Below, piece by piece: positions 19,442-29,711 of a stretch of 64,000 nt of DNA (positions are counted from its first letter, which is position 1; every line of letters begins with the position of its first letter). The notes under the pieces were generated by a model. The model was given only the letters and a program-made list of their open reading frames with translations. It ran no database searches and had not been told where the DNA came from. The position numbers and the translations under genes are program-made. This stretch comes from Candidatus Marinacidobacterales bacterium (lineage in GTDB: Bacteria > Acidobacteriota > Vicinamibacteria > Marinacidobacterales > DATDRI01). The stretch spans positions 1,056,001 through 1,120,000 of the forward strand of contig CBDCNP010000002.1 in assembly GCA_965219415.1 (NCBI GenBank). The letters are read 5' to 3'.

Positions 19442-21133
19442 ATGGCTGTGTTTCGACGACTCACAACGGTAACAGCGGCTGTTCTTTTCTCTTCTGCGAC
19501 ATCGGGTCTCTGCCAGCCACTACCAGACCGCTTCGACGTTCTGATCCGAAACGCGAAGATCGTCAACGGTACCGGGAACCCCTGGTTCTCCGCCGACGTG
19601 GGAATCCAGGGCGACACCATCGTTGCCATCGGCAGGCTCGACCACCGACCTGCCGACCGGGTGATCAATGCCGAGGGGTTGGTGGTCTCACCCGGCTTCA
19701 TAGATGTCCATACTCATGTCGACGAAGCGTTCGGGAAGCCCGCATCGAGCGCGATTCTCAACTATCTGATCCAAGGCGTCACCACGGTAAGACCGGGAGC
19801 AGATGGCTCGGGTACGTACAAGATCGCCGAAACAAAGGGCATGTGGGAAGAACACGGGATCGGTACCAATGCGGTTCTGACGATAGGTTTCAACAAGCTT
19901 CGACGGGAGGTCCTCGAGGGCGACCAGCTGCGCTCCCCCACCGAGAAAGAGCTGGAGGCGATGAAGTCGGTGGTTCGTCAGGCCATGCGCGAGGGCGCCT
20001 GGGGAATCAGCACCGGCATCGAGTACGACGGCCTCAACATCTACGCCTCGACAGAAGAAATCATCGAGGTGACGAAGCCGGTGGCCGACCTCGGCGGCAT
20101 TTATATTTCCCACATGCGAGATGAAGCGGCAAAAATGCTGGACGCCATCCGGGAGATCATCCGTATCGGTGAGGAAACGGGCGTTCCCGTCAATATTACT
20201 CACATCAAGGCGACGGGAACCGACAACTGGGGTCTCATGAAGGAGGCAGTGGCCCTCGTCAACGAAGCCCGGGCCCGTGGGGTCGCGATTACCGCGGACC
20301 AATACCCTTTTCTACAAGGCTCACCCATCGACTACATCACTGGGTTAATCGACGTGCCGCCGGACATGGACGAGCTCGCCGCCTTGAATCGCTCGATGCG
20401 CGATGACGAGTCGCGGGAACTGAGAGACCGATTCGTCCGGAAGCTTCAGCAGGCTCTATCCGAAGACAGGCTGCGGGAGCGGCTCCGCGAGTCGACCTAC
20501 GAGCAACGTGAGGCCGATCCCAGTGCGGTTGCCCGATGGGGATGGCAGGACTTCCGGATCAAGGTCGCCGTGAAGAACGCTCGGCTTGTCGACATGACGC
20601 TGACCGAGCTCATCGAGGAACAAGATCGAGACGGCTTCGACATCGTCGCCGATCTCATCCTCGACGAGCCCGACATTCTCTTCGCGGCGGCATCGCAGTC
20701 GCCGAAAGACATGAGTCTTGCGCTCGTTCAGGACTGGGTCATGATCGCAAGCGACGGGGGAGGATTTCCGGTCATCGAAGACTCGGCCCGCCCGGTCCTG
20801 GCTCATCCCCGATCCTTCGCCAGCCAGTCAGTCGCACTCCGCAAGTTCGTGAGGGAGGAAGAGCTCCTCACCTTGGAAGACGCCATCCGGAAGATGACCT
20901 CTCTCCCCGCGCAGTTTCTCGGGATGACGAATCGAGGACTCTTACTCGAGGGCTTCAAGGCCGACATCGTCATCTTCGATCCGGAGACCATCCGCAACAA
21001 CGCCACCTATGCCGACGCCCGCAAGTACGCCAGTGGTGTCGAGTATGTGATCGTCGGTGGTCAGATCAGCGTCGCGAGCGGACAGCACAACGGCGCCCTC
21101 AACGGTAAGGTGCTCCTGAAGACGGAGCAGTGA
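19442..21133 (+). CDS. N-acyl-D-amino-acid deacylase-like amidohydrolase
   Basis: PGFIDVHTH, QGVTT, SHMRDE, THIK, ASDG, HPR, KMTSLPA, ADIVIFDP; signal-like N-terminus. Confidence 0.88.
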   Translation: MAVFRRLTTVTAAVLFSSATSGLCQPLPDRFDVLIRNAKIVNGTGNPWFSADVGIQGDTIVAIGRLDHRPADRVINAEGLVVSPGFIDVHTHVDEAFGKPASSAILNYLIQGVTTVRPGADGSGTYKIAETKGMWEEHGIGTNAVLTIGFNKLRREVLEGDQLRSPTEKELEAMKSVVRQAMREGAWGISTGIEYDGLNIYASTEEIIEVTKPVADLGGIYISHMRDEAAKMLDAIREIIRIGEETGVPVNITHIKATGTDNWGLMKEAVALVNEARARGVAITADQYPFLQGSPIDYITGLIDVPPDMDELAALNRSMRDDESRELRDRFVRKLQQALSEDRLRERLRESTYEQREADPSAVARWGWQDFRIKVAVKNARLVDMTLTELIEEQDRDGFDIVADLILDEPDILFAAASQSPKDMSLALVQDWVMIASDGGGFPVIEDSARPVLAHPRSFASQSVALRKFVREEELLTLEDAIRKMTSLPAQFLGMTNRGLLLEGFKADIVIFDPETIRNNATYADARKYASGVEYVIVGGQISVASGQHNGALNGKVLLKTEQ

Positions 21134-21141
21134 CCACATCA

Positions 21142-21165
21142 ACAACCTCGCCCGGGCGAGATTGT
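21142..21165. repeat. Palindrome between convergent genes (terminator/REP-like)
   Basis: ACAA-c-CTCGCCCGGGCGAG-a-TTGT. Confidence 0.45.
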
Positions 21166-21178
21166 CTTCAGATCGACT

Positions 21179-22563
21179 TCAACGGATGAGCACGATCCCG
21201 TCATTCGCCGGCTGAATCCATTCCACGCCCCGGCTGGTTACGACTTGAGGATTCGAAAAATTGATAGAAATCGGATAGCCGGGTCTTTCAGCAATGTTCG
21301 TATGGACCGCGTATTTCAAAAGCGAATACATGGTTCTCCTGGATCTTCAAACGGTGAGTGTCTGGCCGGAATGTTGCCATAGAAGGTCCGATATCGCCCG
21401 AATTACCGAGGGCGTGCAGATCAATGTAGAAAGCTGGCTTATCGGTATTGGCGAGCGCCCTCTGGATTATCTTGTAGTCTTCAGTGCCAATATCGGTAAA
21501 GGGTGTGTGTATATAGCCCGCCTCCTCCAGCGCGGAAACCATGGCCGACAAAGACTCTCCGGCGGTCATCCCGATTCTCACATGGGGCCGAATAATCGCC
21601 TGCGCCTTCTTCCCCAGATTCCAAGCATTCTGTATAAAATCAGGAGGCTCTGTCTCCCCTTCTCTCAAGATATACACATGAATCTTGGTGTCCACCTCAA
21701 AACCCATATAACTGTAACCGCCCCCGGCCGCAAAGAAATCGCCAGGCTGATAAACGTGATCAGGGTCATTGATCCACCAGCGCGCATCCGGTGGGGCGGT
21801 GCGTTTGCCCCTGGCCGTGTAGTAGATGCGTCCCCATACATCCCTTATCGTCGTTTTCCCCGGCACGATATTAGCTATTCTCTCTAAACTACGCTGGCGA
21901 GCCATTGCCAGTGTATGGGTCTGTGCCGCGATTTCCCTACTCGTCCTCCTGGCAACGAAATCCATGATGACATTCTCTGCAGACACGATTCTCTGAGAGT
22001 ATTTGGGCCCTAGAATTTCTTCCAGTCTCAAATAGGAATAATGTGAAATCCCATCAGCTAAGGGGAGCCACTCGGATGTATTTACTGCAATCGTTTTTGG
22101 ATCGCGTTGAGCGACAAACTCCGTTATCTCGTCGTAGACATCCGGTATCGTAAAAGTCTGCAGAGGGTCTAGATTGTTATAGTTATAGCCACTCAAAGCC
22201 AGCCCAACATCGCGAGAGCCCGTGCAGGTCAATGTTTTCAACTGCCCCAGCATCGCCAAACACGGCCCGCTCAATGCGGTCGCCCAGGTCGGTAAAAATT
22301 AAATAGCCGTTGATTGCCCCAAAATGCTGAGCCATCGGGTCTCCGCTCGCGTGTGCAAAGATCCCCCCTGTCCGAGCGACGTGAATCCACATGTCCACAT
22401 TGTTGTCGCGCATAGCTCCGGGCAGAATGAGGTCGAGTTTTCCGTTTCTTATCAGACGAAGCACTTCCCTATCGGATTCTCGCGTAAACGCGTCTGTCTG
22501 CGCACTGACGATAGGTGCGGTGAACGTCACGATAGCTAAGACCAGAATGGCGCGGAACATCAT
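21179..22563 (-). CDS. Secreted M24-like protein, paralog 2 (two single-base frameshifts)
   Basis: ORFs 22183-22563 and 21288-22274 plus the tail AFEYAVHTNIAERPGYPISINFSNPQVVTSRGVEWIQPANDGIVLIR-stop. Indels are in GGG (~22220) and AAA (~21315) runs. Confidence 0.75.
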
Positions 22564-22590
22564 TGTGTACCTCCCTTAAACCCGAACTAC

Positions 22591-24672
22591 CGGCGAGAGT
22601 TCCTGAAGATCTTCGGCGGTGGAATCGTCATCCTTGTGGCGATCGAGGAAGCACCCACCGCCCAAGAGTCTGGGGGGCGGCGACGGCGGCGCGGGGATCC
22701 GCTTCCCGAAGAGCTCGCGGCCTGGCTCCACATCGGTGAAGACGGCGTGGTCACCGTCTATACGGGCAAGGTCGAAATAGGGCAAAACATCCGTACCTCT
22801 CTTGCACAGGCGGTCGCCGACGAGCTGCGTTTGCCGGTGGAATCCGTGCAGTTGGTCATGGGCGATACCGACCGCACGCCGTACGACCGCGGAACCTTCG
22901 GAAGTAACAGCACGCCGCGGATAGCACCCCAACTGCGGAGGGCCTCGGCCACAGCGAGGGAAATACTCATCGATTTGGCCGCAGAGCAATGGAACGTGGA
23001 TCGCACCACCCTCGTCGTCGTCGACGGAAAGGTTTCGGATCCGCAGAGGACTCGCTCCCTCGCGTTCGGTGAGCTCACGAAGGGCCAGAGGCTCACGCAA
23101 ACGATCACCGACCCGGCCCCCACGACTCCCGCCGAGCGATGGCGCGAGGCCGGTGAGCCGGCCTCGAAAGTGAATGGACGTGCCTTCGTGACGGGACAGC
23201 ACCGCTTCGCTTCCGATCTCAAGCTACCCGAGATGATGTACGGGAAGGTTCTCCGACCGTCGTCCTTCGGCGCGACATTAGTTTCCCTCGACCCCAGCCA
23301 AGCGAAGGCGATGGACAGTGTGGTGGTGGTCAGAGACAGAGACGGCGACTTCGTAGGGGTGGTCGCGCCGAGCGAGGATCAAGCCGCGCGAGCCGTCGAT
23401 GCGATCCGAGCCGAATGGACATCGACGTCCCATCCCTCTTCGAAAAACGTTTTCGATTACCTCAAGGCGAATCCCTTGGAAGCCCGAGGCTGGCGCGGCC
23501 CAGCGCGTCACACCGAGGGCTCGATCGCGGACGGACTGGCCGCGGCGGACCGAACGCTCGAGGAGCGTTACACCATCGCCTATATCGCCCACGCACCTTT
23601 GGAGCCCCGCGCCGCGGTGGCAGAGTGGACCGACGGCAAGCTCACGGTTTGGACCGGAACGCAGCGACCCTTCGGGGTTCGAGACGCCCTGGCCGAGGCG
23701 TTTCATCTTCCCGAGGACCAAGTGCGCGTCATCATGCCCGACATGGGCTCTGGCTACGGAGGCAAGCATACCGGCGAGTGTGCGATTGAAGCGGCGCGTC
23801 TAGCCAAATCCACCGGCCGGCCGGTGAAGTTGGTGTGGACCCGAGAGGAAGAGTTCACCTGGGCCTACTTCCGACCCGGTGGACTCATCGAGGTGAAGAG
23901 CGGTGCGAAGAAAGACGGAACGATCACCGCATGGGAGTTTCACAACTACAACTCCGGTGGCTCGGCGATCGAGGGGCTCTACGAGATTCCCAACCGGCAG
24001 ATCGAGTTCCATCCTGCCCGTTCGCCTCTCCGGCAAGGCTCTTATAGGGGCCTCGCTGCCACCGCGAATCATTTCGCGCGCGAGTCGCACATGGACGAGC
24101 TCGCTCACGCGGTTGGTATGGATCCCCTCGAGTTTCGCTTGAGAAACCTGAAGGACGAGCGTTTGATCGCTGTTCTCGAAGCAGCAGCGAAACAGTTCGG
24201 ATGGGGAAACAGAAAGGCCTCGAAAGATCGGGGCTTTGGTCTCGCCGGGGGATTCGAAAAGGAGTCTTACGTAGCCACGTTCGCAGAGTTGTCCATCGAG
24301 CGGCCAAGCGGAAAGGTCCGTATCGACCGGCTGTTGACGGCTTTCGAGTGCGGAGCGGTGGTGAATCCCGACGGCCTGAAGAATCAGATCGAGGGCTCGG
24401 TGATCATGGGAATTGGCGGCGCGCTGTTCGAGGCGATCGACTTCGCCGAGGGCAAGATCGAAAACGCGTTCTTCTCGCAGTATCGGGTGCCGCGGTTCAG
24501 TGACGTCCCTGTCCTGGAGACGGTTCTCCTCGACCGTAAAGACTTGCCTTCGGCGGGAGCGGGTGAGACTCCCATCGTTTGCGTGGCACCCGCGGTGGGT
24601 AACGCCATCTTCAGCGCGACCGGTGTTCGGCTGCGGTCGCTCCCGATGGCTCCGGACGGGCTAAAAGCTTGA
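22591..24672 (+). CDS. Xanthine dehydrogenase-family molybdopterin subunit (isoquinoline 1-oxidoreductase beta-like), 5'-truncated
   Basis: GKVEIGQNIRTSLAQ..ADEL, HAPLEP, GSGYGGK, WTREEE, GAGETP. In-frame RREFLK lies upstream of the called GTG, with no start codon before it. Confidence 0.88.
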   Translation, partial: RREFLKIFGGGIVILVAIEEAPTAQESGGRRRRRGDPLPEELAAWLHIGEDGVVTVYTGKVEIGQNIRTSLAQAVADELRLPVESVQLVMGDTDRTPYDRGTFGSNSTPRIAPQLRRASATAREILIDLAAEQWNVDRTTLVVVDGKVSDPQRTRSLAFGELTKGQRLTQTITDPAPTTPAERWREAGEPASKVNGRAFVTGQHRFASDLKLPEMMYGKVLRPSSFGATLVSLDPSQAKAMDSVVVVRDRDGDFVGVVAPSEDQAARAVDAIRAEWTSTSHPSSKNVFDYLKANPLEARGWRGPARHTEGSIADGLAAADRTLEERYTIAYIAHAPLEPRAAVAEWTDGKLTVWTGTQRPFGVRDALAEAFHLPEDQVRVIMPDMGSGYGGKHTGECAIEAARLAKSTGRPVKLVWTREEEFTWAYFRPGGLIEVKSGAKKDGTITAWEFHNYNSGGSAIEGLYEIPNRQIEFHPARSPLRQGSYRGLAATANHFARESHMDELAHAVGMDPLEFRLRNLKDERLIAVLEAAAKQFGWGNRKASKDRGFGLAGGFEKESYVATFAELSIERPSGKVRIDRLLTAFECGAVVNPDGLKNQIEGSVIMGIGGALFEAIDFAEGKIENAFFSQYRVPRFSDVPVLETVLLDRKDLPSAGAGETPIVCVAPAVGNAIFSATGVRLRSLPMAPDGLKA

Positions 24673-24695
24673 AGAAGCTCACCAGTTACCGCCCG

Positions 24696-25181
24696 CTATC
24701 GGATGACGAGTACTCGTTCCTGCGGAGGGTATAACCATTCGATGCCGCGCTCCGTGATGAGCGCGTTCTCCTCGACGTTGACACCGATCTTCGCTCCTCC
24801 CCACTCCTTCGCTAGCCTGAAGATCCGATATTCCAGCGAGATGATAGTGTTGGGGCGGACTTCGTACCCAAGCTGAATCCGTTCGATTCGGCCCTCACCG
24901 CGGTCGAAGAAGATAAAGGTCCCCTGACCGTTGACGGTATCGATTCCAAAGTCGCGCGCCATGGGTTCGGTGCCCCGACCACGATCCAACACGATCCACA
25001 TGTCGATGCCGTTGCGGCGCATGGCGGTTGGAAGGACGTAGTCGAACTTGTCCTTGCGGAGCATGCATGAGACTTCCCAGAGGGAGCGCGCATCGCCGGC
25101 CGTAGCCGTGCGCACAAGCAAAGGACTCAAACTCGAAATCAAGAAACTCAGTAAGGCGGTGACATTGAATGATTTGGACAT
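24696..25181 (-). pseudogene. M24-like paralog 3 with large in-frame internal deletion
   Basis: N-terminus (LPTAMRRNGIDMWI...IERIQLG) is joined directly to the C-terminus (ISLEY...VEENALITERGIEWLYPPQERVLVIR); 161 aa versus ~470 aa for the paralogs. Confidence 0.8.
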
Positions 25182-25323
25182 TTTGATTTCCTCTATTTGC
25201 GGTACGGTTCAATAATTAATGTCGTTGCTCCATATTTCCCATCCGGCAACACTCGGTGGGTAGCTTGGGGGGAATCTCGTCCAGACGAAATTCCATGAGC
25301 CGACCGAAAAGCGCGCCATCGCC

Positions 25324-27838
25324 TCACTCGTTGTCGGTGGGAACGAGCCGCTCGAGCTCGTCGAGCCAGTTTTGGATCACGATGATCTCGCTTCCGGCGA
25401 TGTCCGTCTCGCTCTCACGAATCATGACGAACCTCTCGCCGTCCGGGGTAACGTCGTAAGTGCGGCCGCGAGTACGTGCGGTCCGCCAGCGCCAGTAGGG
25501 GCCGGAGAACAGCACTTGCGGATCCCCGACACCAAAAGCAGAGGTCGTCTCGACCGAGACCGCCAACACCGCTCGACCGTCTCGATAGAAAAGCTCACGC
25601 CCATCCGCGGACCAAAGAGGCTCTGTTCCACTTTCTCGGGATACGCGCCATTTGCCATCGCCCAGATTCGGAAACGGGCTGACGTAGATTCTCTCGCCGG
25701 CCCGACTCGTCGGAGGTATAGGCCAACCATCGCCCGTCGGGCGAGATTTGTGGGTTGGTCTCTGCAAATTCGGTTGCGGGCAGCGTTCGTGGCAGGGGCT
25801 CACCCTTCAACGAAACACTCCCGAGGTCCCGGCCCGTCTCGGGGTTCCACTCGTGGTACGTCAACGTCGCCCCGGCGGGATCGATCGACCAGGGGATCTC
25901 AGACCCGCGGAGTGAAGTCAGGCGCTCGGACTGGCCCGTCCGCTCTTTTCGAAAACAGCGCGTACCCGCTCTCCAGAAGGGATAGAAAGAGCACGTGTTG
26001 TCCATCGGGGGTCCAAAGAGGCCAACGGTCCTCATACGGGTCGAATGTCAACTGGCTAGCCGTCTCCCCGGCTACGTCGTACAGCCACACATCTTCAATG
26101 GCCGACCCTAGCACTTCGAGCGCGATCCGTGTCCCGTCCGGTGAAACCTGGACCGTGTTGTACTCGAGCAGTGAGGCACCAAGAGGCTCCTCTCGTCCGT
26201 CACGATCGATCCACACAAGTTTTCGTTTCGCCCGACTTAGACCACCCGCGATATAAACCGCGGAGCCGTTGTCAGCGAAGTCGAACTGCACGGAGCCTCC
26301 AGCCTCGATGCGAACGTCATCCAGCACACGCACGGGGTTCCCGATCATCTCGAGCCGATCGGTATCGAAACGAACCGCCATCAAAGAGCCACTGCTGTGC
26401 CCATAGATCAGGTGACCCGTGGGCGAATACCGGGGGAAAAACCCGTCTCCCAAAGGGCGCCCCTTTCCAGTCGAAAGCGACAGCACCTCTAGTCGCGTCG
26501 TGCTCAGGGAACCCGACCACACCGCGAAGATCATCTCCTCGCCGTTTGGGAGGAATGTCAGCTCGCCATGGATCGACTCACCCTCGGTAAGCGTTGTGAT
26601 GGGCTCAGGGGTACCGCCGTCCGACGAGACACGCATGAGCCTAAATGTGGTGCTGTCTTGAAACACGATCGTTCCGTTCTCTCCCCACACGGCGACGGGC
26701 CCAGGACTACAGCTACACAGAGTTGTGGGGGGCCCTCCTGAGAGCGGCACCTTCTTCAAGTCACCGTCCGCAGAAGCGAAGCCCACCCACTGGCCGTTCG
26801 GTGAGAAGAACGGGCGACGTGCCCCCTCGGTGCCCGGGATAGCGACCGCCTCGAGACGGTTCATGGAACGATGGTAAAGCTGGTCGCCGTCTTCAGTGAT
26901 AGCAACATAGACCAACTCGCGCCCGTCCGGGGAGATCGCGACGAGCGTTCCAACCCGCGGAGGGAGTTGGCCGCTGACCGGGATCGCGAATCGCGCCGGC
27001 ACTTGGTCTGGCGATATCGAGTTTCGGGACCAGATGGAAACGATGGCGACTATCAGCGCGATACCGGCAACGGCCCAAGCGAGCACGGACCATGAGCGGA
27101 CCGGCGACTGCTTGCTCGTCTCGAAGGCGCCATCTAGTACAAGCCTGACATCCCCAATGTCGCGCACCCGCTCTTTCGGATTCTTCTGCAGGCAGCGTTG
27201 AAGATACAGCTTCAGGGTTGGCGGCGTGTCTCCCGGAAGCCGCTCCCACGACGGCTCGGACTTGATCACGCCGGCGAGAATCTCGGACGCATCACTGCCC
27301 TCGAAGGCCCGGCGCCCGGTCAACATTTCATAGAGCACCGCGCCGAAGGCCCAGATGTCGCACCTCTTGTCGACCGTCTTCCCGCGGGCTTGCTCCGGCG
27401 ACATGTAGGCTGCGGTCCCCATGATCGCGCCGACAACCGTGCCCTTGGTCAAGGTAGGAGATTGGGAGGCACCTGCGCCCGGTGAATCGGCCTCGACCCC
27501 GGCCACCTTGGCCAGACCGAAGTCGAGAATCTTGACTTGCTCGTCGGCCGTGACTTTGATGTTGGCGGGCTTTAGGTCGCGATGAATGATCCCCTTCTCG
27601 TGCGCCGCTTCGAGACCTTTGGCAACTTGCCTCGCCAATGAGAGGGCCTCGTCGAGCCGAACCGGACCGCGCGCGATCCGCTCTGCGAGTGTCTCGCCAT
27701 CGACGAGCTCCATGACTAGGAATTGCTGGCCGTGGGACTGCTCGAGGCCGTGGAGGGTGGCGATGTTCGGGTGGTTGAGCTGAGCGAGAAGCCTGGCCTC
27801 TCGCTCGAACCTGGCTAGCCGCTCTTTGTCTTGGGCGT
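25324..27838 (-). pseudogene. Hanks-type Ser/Thr kinase + TM + TolB-like propeller; N-lobe start missing, propeller frameshifted
   Basis: RFEREA, HPNI, HRDLKPAN, DFG, GTAAYMSPEQ, DIWAFG, then a TM segment and SPDG repeats over three frames. No Gly-loop or VAIK. Confidence 0.85.
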
Positions 27839-29689
27839 CGCGGTCGGCGCATAGCGGCCTTCGGGCGTCTTGGTCGCGATCTTGTACTGCGGGTCGGTGA
27901 GCAGACCGTAGAGACACGGATCCATCGTTCGCATCAACTCCGGCGTGTACGCTCCCCATTCGCGGCTAGGCCCCTCGCCGCTCGCGGGGCGGTTCGCGTA
28001 GTTGAACTCCTGCGCTCCGAGGATGGACGTCGTACCCCAATACATGTACTCGACGGCCATGCAGCCGTAGTCGCAGGTCTCGTCGTCGTAGTGGTACCAG
28101 GCCTCTTCGGGATAACCCGCCTTCGGTCCCCCGGTAGGTATTCCTATGAAGCGTCCCCCGCGGGCCTTATCCATACAATTCCCGAGGGCGCTCCCGGGTT
28201 CGGGAGAGAACGTATCGGGGTATGCCACGGCCCAACCGGCATCGCAGAGTAGATGCCAGATTTCTTCGAGGGCGGCGTCCTGCTGAACCTCCCGATTGAC
28301 CACGCCATCTTTCAGAAATCCCGGCCGCGTTTCTTCGTCCCAAAGTAACTGGCCGGCATGGAATCCTGCCTTGCGCCAGACCCTGTAGTCCATGTTTTCT
28401 AGTTCTTCTTCCGTCCGAGGGAACACGATATAGGCGTTCCGGCTTACCAGATGGCTGAGCACCAACATGTTGTCGGGCACACCATCGGAGTCGTTGTCCA
28501 AGTATTCGGCCATGACCCTGGCCGCATGAAGGAGTTTTTCGTCCCTCGCGTCGGGTGTTGCAAAAAAATGCACACCAAAAACGCTCACGTATTTGGAAAA
28601 GCCGCCCTCTTCGAACGGCGCTAGTTCCTCCGGGATATCGGTAATCTTGATATCCGCGGTGACTTGTTTCTCGCCGAGGCTCGTTTCCCCCCCTCCCCAA
28701 TCCAAGTCTTCCGGAGGAACCACGACGGGCTCTTCCTTCCCCGGGAAGGAGCTCGGAACGCCAATAGTGACTTCACCGGTCGCCACGTACTCGGTACCCC
28801 TCGCCAGAACAGTTTGAAAACCAACGCAGTGGACCGAGGCGCCAAACGGCTTGTATTCGTCGTTGAAGTGCCCCATCGGGAGGTGAAATATCTTCCCTTC
28901 CCCGTAGGTGATGATCATCAACATGGGCTCGGCTTCATTGGTAAGTTTGGAAACCGAATGGGCGAGTACCTCGACGTTCGTGGCCGGGCCGCGCAGGGCC
29001 GAGTAGAGCTCATCCTCGGCATGCATCCATTCGGTGGGCAAGCCCTCTAGAATCGGGTGGGAGGGCTGATCGTGGATGACGAGAAACTCGCGCATGTCTC
29101 CATGTTCCCCGCTGAGACCTTCGTCCGGGGAGGCGGCCATCCATTCACCGTCGACCTTACGAAGAAGGGAGCCTGACACTCCTGCCTGGCGACCGCCCCA
29201 GCCACCGACGGCGATCATCTCGTTGTACGCGGGCCAATTCGTAAAGGCGTTGTCGGCCGCGTGTACGGGCACGAACCCGCCGCCCTCTCTCACGAAGCTC
29301 TCGAAGTCTGCCTGGGTCTCGGCTGACCACGGGGTTTCGCAGCCGCCGTCCACCTCGCAATCGTCGTTGAAGTTGCTGACGACGACTTGGTAGTCGGAGA
29401 ACCGGGGCCGCCACGCCTCCCAGTCTTCTTTACTAAACCCCCTTCGCGGCGACGTGCTGACGTCGACGTCGAACCGGCCGGTCTTCTCGAGTGTCGATTT
29501 GTTGGCAGCGGTGGTCCGCTCCCAATCGTGATTATTGACGCCATCGATGATGAGGACCTTGATACGGTCATCTATGCGCTCATCAGGCGCCGATGTGGTC
29601 TCCGTAGCGGGGGTATTGCTCGGACCTTCGGAACAGCTGAAGGTCGAAACAACAAATAGAAAGATGGAGTAAGAAAGTAGCTTTGGCAT
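27815..29689 (-). CDS. Lipoprotein with ThuA-like domain fused to a C-terminal zincin-like domain
   Basis: Lipobox TFSC; DGVNNHDW, GGGFVPVHAADNAF, HPI..GLP.EW.H..DELY. C-terminal domain has LEEIWHL and EYMYW. Confidence 0.75.
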   Translation of the reverse strand: MPKLLSYSIFLFVVSTFSCSEGPSNTPATETTSAPDERIDDRIKVLIIDGVNNHDWERTTAANKSTLEKTGRFDVDVSTSPRRGFSKEDWEAWRPRFSDYQVVVSNFNDDCEVDGGCETPWSAETQADFESFVREGGGFVPVHAADNAFTNWPAYNEMIAVGGWGGRQAGVSGSLLRKVDGEWMAASPDEGLSGEHGDMREFLVIHDQPSHPILEGLPTEWMHAEDELYSALRGPATNVEVLAHSVSKLTNEAEPMLMIITYGEGKIFHLPMGHFNDEYKPFGASVHCVGFQTVLARGTEYVATGEVTIGVPSSFPGKEEPVVVPPEDLDWGGGETSLGEKQVTADIKITDIPEELAPFEEGGFSKYVSVFGVHFFATPDARDEKLLHAARVMAEYLDNDSDGVPDNMLVLSHLVSRNAYIVFPRTEEELENMDYRVWRKAGFHAGQLLWDEETRPGFLKDGVVNREVQQDAALEEIWHLLCDAGWAVAYPDTFSPEPGSALGNCMDKARGGRFIGIPTGGPKAGYPEEAWYHYDDETCDYGCMAVEYMYWGTTSILGAQEFNYANRPASGEGPSREWGAYTPELMRTMDPCLYGLLTDPQYKIATKTPEGRYAPTATPKTKSG

Positions 29690-29711
29690 ATCGGGTCCGT
29701 CTGAATAATTC

